From Botryllus schlosseri (lineage: Eukaryota), in NCBI GenBank assembly GCA_051294905.1, contig CM119372.1, positions 30,010,001 to 30,074,000 of the forward strand: a DNA stretch of 64,000 nt. Reading direction: 5' to 3'. Below, piece after piece: positions 27,930 through 39,612 of the stretch (positions within the stretch are counted from its first letter, which is position 1; each line of letters begins with the position of its first letter). Below the pieces are notes generated by a model. The model was not told the origin of the DNA. It made no database searches and worked only from the letters and a program-made list of their open reading frames with translations. The position numbers and the translations under genes were made by a program.

Positions 27930-28119
27930 AACATGAATGCGAGGCATTCGATTTCACCCAAGCAGGGTTGTAAAAACGTGAGTTGAACATGACTTGATCA
28001 CTCGATTGAATAATAAATAATATGTCTTGGTATCGAACTTGAGTCTCAAGACCATGACTCGGAGTCGACCTTTTGCACCCTGACTATGACTTGATCCTTG
28101 TGACTTGGTTGCAAATCTG
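27930..28119 (+). mobile_element. Right-end fragment of the same hAT family
   Basis: ATTCGATTTCACCCAAGCAGG...GAGTTGAACATGACTT...GACTTGGTTGCAAATCTG aligns with 24290-24523. Confidence 0.7.
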
Positions 28120-28717
28120 CTATACAGAGGGTTAATGATCGATTATATTGAAAATATAACGACATTTTTGTAATCAGCGCCATAAAATTAGCCGAAAACA
28201 AAACAAATATTAAGCCGAAGAAAAAATTTACCGTATTTTACTCGTATCACTCGGAAGTTACCAAAATAAATGAAAATCTTCACGTTTCGAACTATGGTAA
28301 ATATTAGCGATTATACTGGGGTTGGCGGTTAGCACGAGTAGGCCTACATAATCCAAATCCGAAATACTCTCTCAGAAGTTTGCAATGATCACAACTAATA
28401 GCCTACGCACTGAAAATAGTAACATTAACCCTTTACAATATTCATAACAAAAATATGCGATTACATCACCAAGTATTGAAATACAACCTACAACCTATAA
28501 CAACTACGTGTGTTGAACGATAAGAAATATTAATGATCGTAACACTCTATACATTTTAAAATTCACAATCAAAAGTATAAAACTGGTTACAAATGGTCAC
28601 CATTACGAGTATCTACACTGACATAAGCAATATTATGATCATAAATCGAAATACATATCGAATATACATTTTTGTGGACAACCCGGATTTGTTGTCTGGA
28701 TTCCATATCCAGTTTCT

Positions 28718-29677
28718 CTAACTCACAACTTGCAATGGTACGGAAGATGTCTTGTTGACTCTTGTCACCGCTGGTTGGTCTTTCACGATAAATGGAAACA
28801 TTGTTTTTCTCCATTTCGGAAATGCAGCAACAACCATGCACAAATTAACCATTGGGTTGAATTGACTCAAAGCAGCAGGGAAAAAACCATCTTTGACAAT
28901 TTTTGTCATAACAATGAGAGAGATGATGACATCCGTGCCAACGCAGACAGACGCACATACTAACGATCTAACGACCAGAGGCTTCAAGCTTTCTCCGCCA
29001 CTTTGGTTTTGTGAATTGTGTTTAATCAGGGGATATGCGAATAATCCAAGAAGTGAGAACTGTGTGACGGTGGCCATTATGATTCTTGGAAAATAAGCGA
29101 TCATCGGATTGAACCTTGCTGCGGTGATGGCGCATCCCGATTCCAGAACTTCCATCTCGTAAGCTGCTATGAAAAGAGCGAAGGAAGCGAATGGTGAAAT
29201 CACCGGCAGAATTCCGGAGATCCAACTCAAAAGGCGTAAAGTAGGAGTCGTCAAATGACTCATTGATGGTTTCAGGTAAAGCGATCTTTGCCTCATCCAC
29301 AGCACCACGTAAATGAACGAAGCTGCTGCATTGATTGACACGATTTTCAAGTACTTGACCGGGGCGCACCATTCATGAGCAAACATATCCACAGCAATAT
29401 CCTCCAGGACGGTCGCCACGAAGAACAGGGTTGTGCTTGCTGCACAAAGTACGGACAATATTTTGATGCGAATTTGAATCGAAGTCGCCTTTCTCACTGC
29501 AATCGGACAAATATAATCCTTCAGCAATGCCACGGTTATCCAACTTGACTGGATTAGGAACAATGCAGTTGTTGACGCAAAAAATATCCAGAATTTCCAC
29601 GACTTCACAACTTCTATTTTTGCAGATGTATTTGAAGAGGTGACGGGGGTGGATTCTAGGTTATATTCTCCAGACAT
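28718..29677 (-). CDS. Intronless seven-transmembrane GPCR-like protein, 319 aa (divergent, orphan)
   Basis: ATG-to-stop ORF with seven hydrophobic segments, N-terminal sequon NTS, Cys at the TM3 start (HEWCAP) and in ECL2 (ESGCAI), LWMRQR at the DRY position, Pro in TM5 (FAYP) and NP in TM7. Confidence 0.85.
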   Translation of the reverse strand: MSGEYNLESTPVTSSNTSAKIEVVKSWKFWIFFASTTALFLIQSSWITVALLKDYICPIAVRKATSIQIRIKILSVLCAASTTLFFVATVLEDIAVDMFAHEWCAPVKYLKIVSINAAASFIYVVLWMRQRSLYLKPSMSHLTTPTLRLLSWISGILPVISPFASFALFIAAYEMEVLESGCAITAARFNPMIAYFPRIIMATVTQFSLLGLFAYPLIKHNSQNQSGGESLKPLVVRSLVCASVCVGTDVIISLIVMTKIVKDGFFPAALSQFNPMVNLCMVVAAFPKWRKTMFPFIVKDQPAVTRVNKTSSVPLQVVS

Positions 29678-29697
29678 TTCTCAAATAATGATGTTTC

Positions 29698-29725
29698 CTA
29701 ATAAAAATAAAGAAAGAATGTCACG
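29698..29725 (-). promoter_or_regulatory. Probable 3' splice (or trans-splice) acceptor 20 nt upstream of the 7TM start codon
   Basis: Minus strand reads GTGACATTCTTTCTTTATTTTTATTAG|GAAACATC...GAGAAATG: a pyrimidine tract followed by TAG. Confidence 0.55.
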
Positions 29726-30442
29726 GCCTTATGTATAATATTTATATCTCGTATGCAGTTGTTCCAACAATTACAGACTATGAAGTTTTCTAAATTTGCG
29801 ATCAATGACCTGTGCAGACATTTCTCAAGTTATGATTTATTCTACCGAAAGTAACGAATAACGAACAAAAACTCCGAAAGTATTTATTGCATCCGATGAT
29901 TTTGAGCATTCTACTGAATTATAAGCAATCATACCCATATTAGAGGCGAGCTTCAATTTTACTTTAATTCATTCCCTCATTTATTCATTGCTTATTTTAA
30001 TGTATTTCTATCAGTTCAAAATATTAGATTGCGATAAAATGAAAAGATAGGAAGTCGCCCTGTGATGGTTTTTAAGCAGAGAACGCATTTGGCCTAGATC
30101 AGGGGCCGGCAACCGACGGCTGTGGAAGAGCATCTGCCTCAGCTTTCTGCATAGACTTATGAAATGGCAACAAAATGCCAGGTCTTGGTCTACTATGGCA
30201 GGTTTACAAAATTTGAAGAATATAATCAAGCAAAAACTTGACGTCATGGAAGAAAACCAGCGGAATTTTGGAATCAACATACCAAAATTAGCCTAAATCA
30301 AGTTCAAATTCAATGTCAACAAATTTTTCGTTGAAAATTGTTGCGCAGTGTAATCTGCTATTACACATTTGTTGCAATATAGAACACTGTTGCATCAAAT
30401 AAAAAGAAAACATTGCTTTATATACTCTGATTTCATCTAAAC

Positions 30443-31675
30443 CAGCGGTCTCAAACTTAAATGCGGTCACGGGCCAATTTCGTAGTTTTTGATGATGCCG
30501 CGGGCCGCAGCGTCATCAATAGGGGTATTCAATGTATTTCCAAGTATGCCTTATTTGACGAGACCTTGTAGACTCGCATCCATTGCACACACACCGTGAA
30601 AATGTGATTTACTACTGTGAATTCACGCCTGGCTCGAAAGAAATCACATTTTTCAATATTTGTATAAAATTGTTGTTGTACTTGGTATAGTTTGTCAAAA
30701 TAATTAGTTATAGACACCATGCGCGTGTACAAATGCATCATGACGTCGTAAAAGCTGTCGCATTATAATTTTGCAGCTAGCGGACATGTGACGATCGACA
30801 ATTATAGGTAGAATATTTTAGAATTTATAAAATATTGATGGAGCATTTTAGCAGTACAGCCTAATCCGGGCTTCGGGCATACTCCGATGACTAGGTTATT
30901 GATCATGTGATTACCAAAGTCAAATTAGATCAGAGTTGAACTTGCCTTCGAATTTCGGAGCAGATCAATTATAATAACTTGAATATAGTGAATAATGTGT
31001 CATAGTAATAGAAATGTCGAATCACCGAAGAATCCATTGGTGTTTCAGCTGCGGAGCGAACCACTATTCTACTCGCTACCTCTAACTGGCGATAATAACA
31101 TATGGATAAAGTTATCCAGGATGATGCAGACTGTAACTTACTATACATCAAGGGGACAACAGAATGCCAATGGTTGCCATACAGACCTGTTGAAATAGCT
31201 AAATACGATACGCAACGCAAGCCACGACCCTTTGATGTATTACTATTCCCCATAACAGTTTGACAGTTTGTTGCGTCGCCGCGGTTGTACAAGTCACGGC
31301 GTTCCCAGTCCTGCTCTGATTGTAACACGTTGACCCGACTCAACTCTAGTTATTTTTATTTTGTCACTCATTCAGTCTGAGTTTGAGTAATTCTACAAAA
31401 GGATCCATGTCTAAATCACAATTTTCAGTAACGAATCATAAACGGATCATGTTTTACCGTCATAAACAGGTAATGTCACGTAATAGCTGATCTTCCACCG
31501 CATAGTAACTTTTGAAAGTGATGTGGCGAAGTTTGATTAGTAGTTTCAGTTTTCTGAAGTAGTTTTAAAGCGAATTTTAAGTTCCCAAATCCTAAAAAAG
31601 ATATGTGGTAGTAAAATATTGTCGAATACTTCAAAATCAAGAATGTTCAAGCGAGCTGCACAAAATGATCTCCTG
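30443..31675. mobile_element. Decayed Charlie-type hAT element (right boundary tentative); another hAT end at 30100
   Basis: Left CAGCGGTCTCAAACT...CGGGCCA...GCGGGCCGCA; right GCGAGCTGCACAAAATGATCTCCTG; flanks atctaaac/atctagca match 5/8. Confidence 0.4.
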
Positions 31676-33752
31676 ATCTAGCAACACAATAAGTTTAAGG
31701 AAAATATACAAGTAGTATCATTGTAACTTAAGTCATCGAACAGAGTGTGCGGCTCTCGATATTGGTTCCATTTGGGAAAAATTAAATGGCAATTTGTATT
31801 CTGAAAGATTCTGACTCATAGCATAAACATGTTATTAGGAGGCATTCACACCGAATCAATAAAACAGTGGTTCGTGGACCACTTAAGCCTATATTTGAGT
31901 CAAAATTACCCCTGGCAGAAAGCAGTCCGTTTACTAAATAAAGTTATTTTCCCCCACAAGCACCTTGTCAATAAAAAGTAAGACGGGTACCGCGGCTTTA
32001 AGCTCTGGGGCTAAGATGCCAGTACTATTCTGAATGTGGACCGCATTACTTTGGATAGGTAGCGCTGGTCAGTTGTCACTTTAGCATCAATTAGTTAAGA
32101 CTAGGTGTTTACTGCTGTTCAAGGATAATCGGGGAGGTATGTGGCTAATGTTATATTTTGTTCAGGGGTACTACACATAGTTTGTGTTTCAAGCAGGGCC
32201 ATACCAACACTTTGCCAGCCCGCCCGTAAACATAGGTCCTTGACACACATTGGTGTCATAGATGAATTTCACCAGTACCGTTGATATCTACAATTCACCG
32301 ACACGCACACACACCATTTAGGTAGCGAGACAAGTGTGCAATTCGTGAGCGTAACCGGATTAAATAACGGTGAACGCTAAGCTTGTAATGAAAATGAAAT
32401 AAAAAACTAGTTGCGCGAAGCAGGAAATGTTTTCAAAGATAATGAACGAACATGGTCACTAATATTCATACCTACATATATTGCTCAGACATGATCGGAT
32501 TTACTGGTAGAACTGTTGGAAACGGTGTCTTCGAAATGTAGGGCACCGATTCCACACGGTTGAGAATATTCATGAAGTTCCCGCGTGCTAGATAGGGCCA
32601 ATGTTATTTATTGCTTCGTTAAAGCTTGTTGTTATTTCGTGACCTCCAGTAAAGATTGTCGCTACTCAATCAATATTGAAATCGCTCGCAATTACCGGAT
32701 CAAACGAAAAAAGCTCCCTCTCGGAAGACGTATCCTATCCCAAAATCACATTTTTTCTTGGTGGAATAGTTTTCTCGACGCGGCGCAATTCTACAGGGGA
32801 CTCAGATTTCAAGGGCATTGGGAGTCGCCTGGATATATCAATATCGACAGTTTTGGCCGAAATGCGTCGGCTATTGTGGGGTCGAAGTTTTATAGCTGGC
32901 GATATTTATAGGAGCACAGTTAAGTAAATGAGACGCTGGTTTGCCAAAACGTCCTCCAACCTGCGTGTTGACCACCTTTCGACTGATGCAACAAACGGTT
33001 TCAAGCGATGCTAGGAATATACTGCGCTTTCATAATTGACCCCATTTGACCGTATATTATATATTATACGTATTTTCCGTTATTTTGTTTCATTTATATA
33101 TTTCTGGAGAGGTGTAGGCTACCCATATCAAAAGAAAGAAATACAGTGACAATAATCAGCTCTCAGGGCGCAATTAACTACAATGTCGATTAAATCTGCG
33201 AAAGAGTACCCATTTCATTATAATTTATGAAAATTTACAATTAAAAGACAAATTCAGGATGGTGTTTAGCCCTTTTTGTCTCCCCTGGCTACGGAAACGT
33301 ATATTCTCACAGTCTCAACTAATTAACATCAGCAATCTGTTTATCGCAAGGCGCACCATACACCCTGTCACAAATGCACTGCATTACTTGCGGAGTGACA
33401 AAAATTTTGAATTCTTATACATCATTCTATATTGATTTCGAAAGACGAATCATTCGCTCCATGAATAGAATGCGATTAGCATTCATATTTAAAAGGATAT
33501 GAATATGTTAAATCTCAAATACACCGAACACCCTGCGTTCATCTTATGGTGGAATATAAAAACATTTTAATCTCAACCTTTTCGAATCGTACTGGCTCAA
33601 AACGAATCAAATATTGTTCACTGGCGAGTCACGTGAAAGCACGATCAATTCCAGTATCGGCCTCAAGCCATATAAAATTGCCAGTGCGCCAGCAGGACGG
33701 ACAGTCGAACTATATATTGCGGATTACTGGTCTGCTGTGGCAACCCATACAC

Positions 33753-33820
33753 CAGTGGTTCTCAACTGTTCTGCCGCGGCACACCAGCGTGCTAATTGGA
33801 CTGCTCAGGGATGCCACTTG
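33753..33820. mobile_element. Solo hAT (Charlie-type) end
   Basis: CAGTGGTTCTCAACT...TGCCGCGGCACACCAGCGTGC; partner end not found. Confidence 0.5.
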
Positions 33821-34707
33821 AAATTGTGGTGCATGATGTCGACGTAAAACAAAAATGACGGATTCCAGATCATGACTGTGGCATTGTCGGTGGTTCTATT
33901 ATTTAAAGGTATAACGAATAATGTACAATGCGATGTAATGAACATATAGGAGAACGTCGAAACGACCAAGTACGGTCTCTCAATCTAGCTTCCCCTCAGC
34001 CGATAATGCCCGATGTAACAGTGTTCGATCTTTATCTTTCATCCTTGAATTCGTCCACGACCCGATCTTATTCTGTTTTCTTTTTGTAAGGACACTGTGA
34101 GCACAGCGACGTAGAGGAGGGGGGTTCCACTGTCAATGACGGCGCAGGGACAATTCGGACACGTATAATAGCATTTGGGGAGGTGATTCCTAAACCTAAG
34201 GTCATCACTCAAGCATTCCTACCGTGATGTTGCGGTTTTGACCTTCTTTTAAGGGCCGAACAGTGACCTGACGTTGTTTGAGGACCTTTATTCTATTACG
34301 TTTTAGTCGTCTTCCTGCCCAATCGTGCACTTGTGATGCTGGTTATGTTTAGTGTTCATGGTATTTTGACATGGTCATTCTCTACACTACCCTAAGCCCC
34401 ATTCCCCCCTCAATATGCTCATTACTGCCACCTTTGAGGGAGGCCTTCAGCGATCACTGCGAGAATGAAGCAGCCGGCTTTTAATTGCACTGATTCAGAC
34501 CTAGACTCCAGTGAAAGCGCCGCGCTAGTAGAGCTACACATTGGTTGATATCCAGTTGTGCATGACTTACATTACATCACCAATACTTTTTACATTGAGC
34601 CACTCTGCTCATTAAAAGACTATATAGTACACTGATAACCTCTCAATACAGTATCAGAAAAAGCATGACGATGTTCAAGCTCATTACATAAATAATCATG
34701 AAAATCC

Positions 34708-35273
34708 GTTCGATCGATCAATCAATCAATATAATAATCGTCAGATAGTATTATCATCTGCCCAAGACACACACGCAGTGTACAATGGGATATACAACAC
34801 GCACAATGCGATATAATGAGCAGATAGGGAGATGCCGAACAGTCCACTAGTTGGGGTGTGTTAAACTGGCATCCACCTCGTCGGTCCCTTTTTAGAAGAT
34901 ATTTCTTGCTCTTTCCTTTCTTTATCGGTTCTCTTTTTTTCTGGGCTTTTTTTGTCGCCGTAAGAACAGCGACACGGGCTATGTTCCTTCTAATTTTTGC
35001 TGAGTCTACGCGCACTCACTAATGCACTGCACTGTCAATTAGACAACAGTGCGTAAAGACTAAAAAAAGGTCATCACTTCGTATTTTTTGTGCGCAGCTT
35101 AGATTTTCTGTGCGCAGAGACCGTATTAGCAGCACGCAATTGCGCACGTGCGCAGCTTAGAGTGCACTTTGGACACTGGGGTCGAGGGGCCCATAACCAC
35201 CTCCAACGGCGGGACTTGAACCCGGGCCGCCTGTGTAGATGGCGCCGGCGCTCACCGCCACGCTATCTCCGTC
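34708..35273 (-). mobile_element. tRNA-derived SINE interrupted by a hAT MITE
   Basis: Minus-strand head GGACGGAGATAGCGTGGCGGT (A box)...GGCCCGGGTTCAAGTCCCG (B box); body resumes after the MITE and ends in an (ATTG)n tail at ~34710-34730. Confidence 0.72.
34979..35171. mobile_element. hAT MITE with CAATGTTCCCTCTAA-type termini and TGCGCA repeats
   Basis: Left CTATGTTCCTTCTAA, right TTAGAGTGCACTTTG; TSD GACACGGG/GACACTGG (7/8). Confidence 0.78.
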
Positions 35274-36093
35274 CATTCAAATAAAAATGCGAACCGAATT
35301 AAATAAAATTCTTCAATTATAATTCTGCTAAAATCCCTACTTCCAGAGTTTGCAAATCCAAATTCATGCTCGTCTCCAATCGCCTGGTTGGGATAGTTGG
35401 GGTGACTCATGAATTATTATGATTCTAAGAAACGTCAAAGCGTAGGGTACTAGTATTATTATTGTTCTTGTTGCTGTTGTTTATTAAACAAAAAGTATTA
35501 TTGTGAATAATAATTCACGTCAATGACAGTGATCGGTATCGCCTATCTTAGACTATCACTACATTTGATGATGTCCAGCGTATTTGCGTTGGTGCGACTT
35601 CATGAAAGACTTCTCGTTCCCACGCATTGCCATTCTTTTTCTTTTTCTCCTTCACCGGTCCATGCTCACTTCTCTGCTGCCGAATTAAAGCACTCTGCTC
35701 TCTCTCCGTTGGGCTTTTCAATACTTGTACAGTACGATTTTGCGCAAGTTGTGATTTATAGAAACTTGATATGAAACCCGGATGATGAAAACAGATCTTA
35801 TCCAAGGCTTTGTAGTAAAACTCAGTGTTGGCGACTTCAACAAAATCAATAGCCTGAAAAAATTGACCCAGTGAAAATATAATTTTCGGCGGTCGAGCCT
35901 GAATATACGGTCAAATTAGAAAGGACTTCAAATTTAAACGACAGTGAAATAATCAAGCGATCTATTTACATATAGTGCGAAATATTTCCAGTAAAAAGTT
36001 TGGGTCTAGTATATAGTAAGCACCTGCAAAGAATCCGGTATCAGTGGGGAGCACGGGATTTAAGTTGTCTGGTGTTGCATTATGTGTTGATTT

Positions 36094-39000
36094 GTGTTTC
36101 ACGTGGGATGCGATTTGGCCGGGGCTCAAGTGACGTCACCAAATTCCTCTGCGCCCCGAACCCCCTCCCCTATCCTTATCAGCCGATTCCCGGTCCGTAG
36201 GCCAGTCACTGGGGCCTTACCTGCCGCCCGTGCCTGGCTTCGGACTGCCGGGGATAGCAGACAGTCCCTAGGCCGACGTACCACACCCCCAAAAATTGTG
36301 GTTTCCCCCCCAAGGGACTTTACTCCCTCCCCACCCCAAACGTTAGTGAAGAGACGTTTGACCCCTGTCTCTTCACCAAGCCCCATTCCATCGCTTTCGG
36401 AATTGTTTAAAGCACCTTTGCCTGGCAGCCCGAGCTCTACTCAAGAGCTCCTTGCCAAGTTGGACCGGGGAAGTCCCTTCCCCACCACACGCGATGACCT
36501 GAAACAGATATCGTCGGCGGGATCGAGTCCGAACACCGTAGACTCGCCTCCCGTCGGTCAGGGCATGTCTCCCTCGCGCCCACTTGCGGACGAGACATGT
36601 GCTGTGACGGCTGGATCAGCGGTCGAACGCTCCGAAGTTACCGGAGCTGTCGACGGCTGTGAAAGCCCGACGAGATTGCCTCCTTCGGTAAGTGCACGTG
36701 ACGAAATAGATGTCGACGTGCCTTCTCCCGAACCGAGCGCACCTCGTGCACAAGTCGATCTGCGCGAGTTGCGCTCGGAGCTTGCAGACTTGGTGTCAGA
36801 ATGTCCTCACAACATCGAGGCTTTCGGGCACCTTGAACGTGAGCTGGAGCTCTGGACTGACCGTGCCTCTGATTGCAGCCGCCCTCCCGGCCGTAAACGC
36901 CCTAGGAACCGATACTCGCGCGAAGCACAACGCCGTGCTAAGGTCAATCAATTGAATGGCCAGCGCGAGTGTCGACCTGGGGCAGCCCAACATCTTCGGT
37001 CCGCTTTCTGGCGCAATCAGAAGGAAACGGTCAGACAGATCATCGAGGATGATTCTGGCGGTAAACGGTGCGAAATTCCTGCCGACATAATCGAGCGGAA
37101 ATTTCGTGCTGACGCCGCCGCTGACGTCACTGATAATATTGCTGCTTTTCCTCGCTGGATGTCTCAGCACAGTTACCAGGGCAACCTGGCTTCTGCTGTT
37201 GACGACGAGTCGATTACTCCATCAGAGGTAGCAGGAGTGCTGGCGACCCTAAACACCAGTAGTTCGCCAGGCTCCGATGGTCTCACCTATGGATTTTGGA
37301 AACGCTTAGACCCCAAGGGAGAAATCCTCTCTGAGCTTTTCGAAGTCTGTAGGCGTTGCCGACGTATTCCACTTGTGTGGCGCTCGTCGCGGGTAATCCT
37401 GATTCCAAAGGACCGCGACGGCGACATGCAAGACGTCGGCAACTGGAGACCCATCGCGCTATCCAGGACGCTGTATAAGATCTACGCGTCCGTAATCGCT
37501 CGCCGTCTTCAGAGCTGGGCATCCGATGGAGATGTTGTCTCCATGGAACAAAAGGGGTTTGTTCCGCGAGAGGGGGTCTTCGAGCACGTGTTCATGCTTG
37601 AGTCCTTGCTTGCGGATGCCAAGTCGTCAAGGCAGGATATTTATCTTGCCTGGCTTGACATCCGCAATGCATTCGGTACCGTTCGGCATGGATCCGTGAT
37701 CGAGGTCCTGAAGCACTTTAACGCCCCGGAGTATCTGGTGGAGGTGATGACCGATATCTACGCGTCTAACGTGTTTGCAGTCGCGACCAGCTCTGGTCCG
37801 ACAGACCCCATTCCAGCGGGGAAGGGTGTCCGTCAAGGATGCCCTTTATCGGCCATCACCTTCAACCTGGTCATGGAGGTTCTCCTGCGTGGCGTTGCTG
37901 GGCTTCAAAGCAGCGGTTATCGGTTTTCTGCGGCGGATGGCGTCACTGTCAGAGTTCAGGGTTACGCAGATGACACCTGTCTGTGTGCTTCGTCTCGCGT
38001 CCAGCTTCAAGCACAATTAGATATGTGCGATGAATTTTCTCGGTGGTCTGGTATGAAGTTCAAGCCCGCCAAGTGTCGTGTTCTTGCCTTGGGATTCAAG
38101 GGAAGCCGATCGATCGTGGACTCGGCCCCGTTCTGCCTTGATGGTGGCGAGGTCCGGGTCCTCGATCGTGACTCTTTCTGGCGATACCTGGGCAAGAACA
38201 TGGGTTACCAGGCAACCGAGAAAGGTGGGAAGGCCCTTAAAACTTTCGAGGCCTATTGTGATAGACTTTTTCTGTCACATCTCACCTCATTTCAGAAGCT
38301 GCTCGCACTGAAGAGGTTCGTTATTCCAAGAATCCTTTTTCAGTTGAGAATCCGCAAGTTCTACCGAAGCGATCTGCGTCGCCTGGATGCGCGTATCCGC
38401 ACGTTGGTGAAGGCGGAATTCCGCCTCCCTAACAGAGCGTGTCAGCCCTTTTTCCATGCTGGGCTGACGACTGGCGGTCTGGGGATTCCCAACCTCTGCT
38501 GCGAAGCAGATGTGTTGAGGCTTTCCCAGGCCGCCAAAATGGTCAATTCCACTAACCCCTCTGTGCGGGCGGTTGCGCGTGGAAGGTTGGCGCTGGTCGT
38601 CCGGAGGGCTTGCCGAGTCCCAGAGGCGTCGGAGACCCTGACAGTCGAGTTTTTAAACTGCGTGAGTCTAACAGGGCACGATTCCAGGGCGTACGGAGAC
38701 GCCTACGGGCTTTGGACCGAGGTCCAACCCGTCGCTAGGCGTCTCGGTGCTCGCTGGTTCGTGACCGAAGACGGGCTCTATCAGTTGGCTCTAGGCGCCG
38801 ACTGTTGTCAGGATTTGGGTCGTCTTACCAAATTTCTTCACCTGAAGGTGAACCAACGTTGGAAGACACGGTGGATGGAGCTTCCCGACCAGGGCAAAAC
38901 TGTGGAGTGCCACAGCCGGTACGGGAGCTCCAATCGCTTCCTCCGGTCTTCCAACGTCCTGACGGCAGTCGAGCGTAGCTGGATGCTTAAGGCTCGACTG

Positions 39001-39612
39001 AATCTTCTGCCGCTCCGGTCGATCCGGGGTCGGTTTAGAAATCGTGTGGAGCCAAGTGTGGTCTGCTGCAAGTGCGGACAGCATACCGAGACCCTGCCCC
39101 ACGTACTGAACCACTGCCTGCCAGTGATGGATAGCATCACGAACAGGCACAATTCGGTACTTGGGGTGCTCCTGGACTGTATTCCAAGCTCTTCTTCTTT
39201 TTTCAGATGCGATGTGGACCGCGTTTGCGAGGAGCACGCCACATTGGCCAACAGGCGGCTGAGGCCCGACCTCATCCTAGCGGATCGTCGCCGGGTCTTA
39301 GTCATCGATGTGGTGTGCCCCTTCGAGAATGGGGTAGCCAGTATGGACGCTGCCGTTGCACTGAAACACGCAAAGTACAAGGACCTCTGTGAGTCTCTCC
39401 GCGTTGCCACGGCCAAGGTGGTGGAGATGCACACGTTCGCGGTCGGGTCCCTGGGGAGTTACCACCCTGGGAACCTGACCACCTTACGTGCGATGGGTGT
39501 TTCGGTCTTCGAGTCCAGACTGGTCTCCGAGCGAGCCGTGGTCGCTTCTCAGCGCAGCTCTCATCGTGTCTGGAAGGCTTGGTGTAGTGTGCGGGACCAC
39601 GAGAGGACTTGA
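36094..39612 (+). CDS. Reverse transcriptase - CCHC zinc knuckle - PD-(D/E)xK endonuclease polyprotein (first in-frame ATG at 36565)
   Basis: Motifs SPGSDG (region 0), NWRPIAL, QKGF, WLDIRNAFG, GVRQGCPLS, YADD, RYLG, GGLGIP, CKCG..ETLPHVLNHC, RHNSV, RPDLI, IDVVCPFE and KHAKYKDL; no stops or frameshifts over 1172 codons. Confidence 0.95.
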   Translation: MFHVGCDLAGAQVTSPNSSAPRTPSPILISRFPVRRPVTGALPAARAWLRTAGDSRQSLGRRTTPPKIVVSPPRDFTPSPPQTLVKRRLTPVSSPSPIPSLSELFKAPLPGSPSSTQELLAKLDRGSPFPTTRDDLKQISSAGSSPNTVDSPPVGQGMSPSRPLADETCAVTAGSAVERSEVTGAVDGCESPTRLPPSVSARDEIDVDVPSPEPSAPRAQVDLRELRSELADLVSECPHNIEAFGHLERELELWTDRASDCSRPPGRKRPRNRYSREAQRRAKVNQLNGQRECRPGAAQHLRSAFWRNQKETVRQIIEDDSGGKRCEIPADIIERKFRADAAADVTDNIAAFPRWMSQHSYQGNLASAVDDESITPSEVAGVLATLNTSSSPGSDGLTYGFWKRLDPKGEILSELFEVCRRCRRIPLVWRSSRVILIPKDRDGDMQDVGNWRPIALSRTLYKIYASVIARRLQSWASDGDVVSMEQKGFVPREGVFEHVFMLESLLADAKSSRQDIYLAWLDIRNAFGTVRHGSVIEVLKHFNAPEYLVEVMTDIYASNVFAVATSSGPTDPIPAGKGVRQGCPLSAITFNLVMEVLLRGVAGLQSSGYRFSAADGVTVRVQGYADDTCLCASSRVQLQAQLDMCDEFSRWSGMKFKPAKCRVLALGFKGSRSIVDSAPFCLDGGEVRVLDRDSFWRYLGKNMGYQATEKGGKALKTFEAYCDRLFLSHLTSFQKLLALKRFVIPRILFQLRIRKFYRSDLRRLDARIRTLVKAEFRLPNRACQPFFHAGLTTGGLGIPNLCCEADVLRLSQAAKMVNSTNPSVRAVARGRLALVVRRACRVPEASETLTVEFLNCVSLTGHDSRAYGDAYGLWTEVQPVARRLGARWFVTEDGLYQLALGADCCQDLGRLTKFLHLKVNQRWKTRWMELPDQGKTVECHSRYGSSNRFLRSSNVLTAVERSWMLKARLNLLPLRSIRGRFRNRVEPSVVCCKCGQHTETLPHVLNHCLPVMDSITNRHNSVLGVLLDCIPSSSSFFRCDVDRVCEEHATLANRRLRPDLILADRRRVLVIDVVCPFENGVASMDAAVALKHAKYKDLCESLRVATAKVVEMHTFAVGSLGSYHPGNLTTLRAMGVSVFESRLVSERAVVASQRSSHRVWKAWCSVRDHERT

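Noticed and set aside
32500..32660. THAP-like fragment (ALHFED) on the minus strand; also PHD-like Cys spacing at ~8920-8985 and an integrase-like PEV..GSEFT at ~13505-13555
   Set aside because: Each is a single short motif with no supporting context.
35196..35273. Functional tRNA gene on the minus strand
   Set aside because: A and B boxes are present, but the acceptor and anticodon stems do not form; better explained as a SINE head.
35274..35290. Resemblance of TATTTGAAT to the Ciona spliced leader
   Set aside because: Nine AT-rich bases with no following AAG/GT donor or Sm site.
36110..36170. HDV-like ribozyme at the retroelement 5' end (CGGGGC...TTCCTC...GCCCCG)
   Set aside because: A P1-like pairing exists, but no P3 closes the loop and no GG follows for P1.1; the pseudoknot cannot be built by eye.
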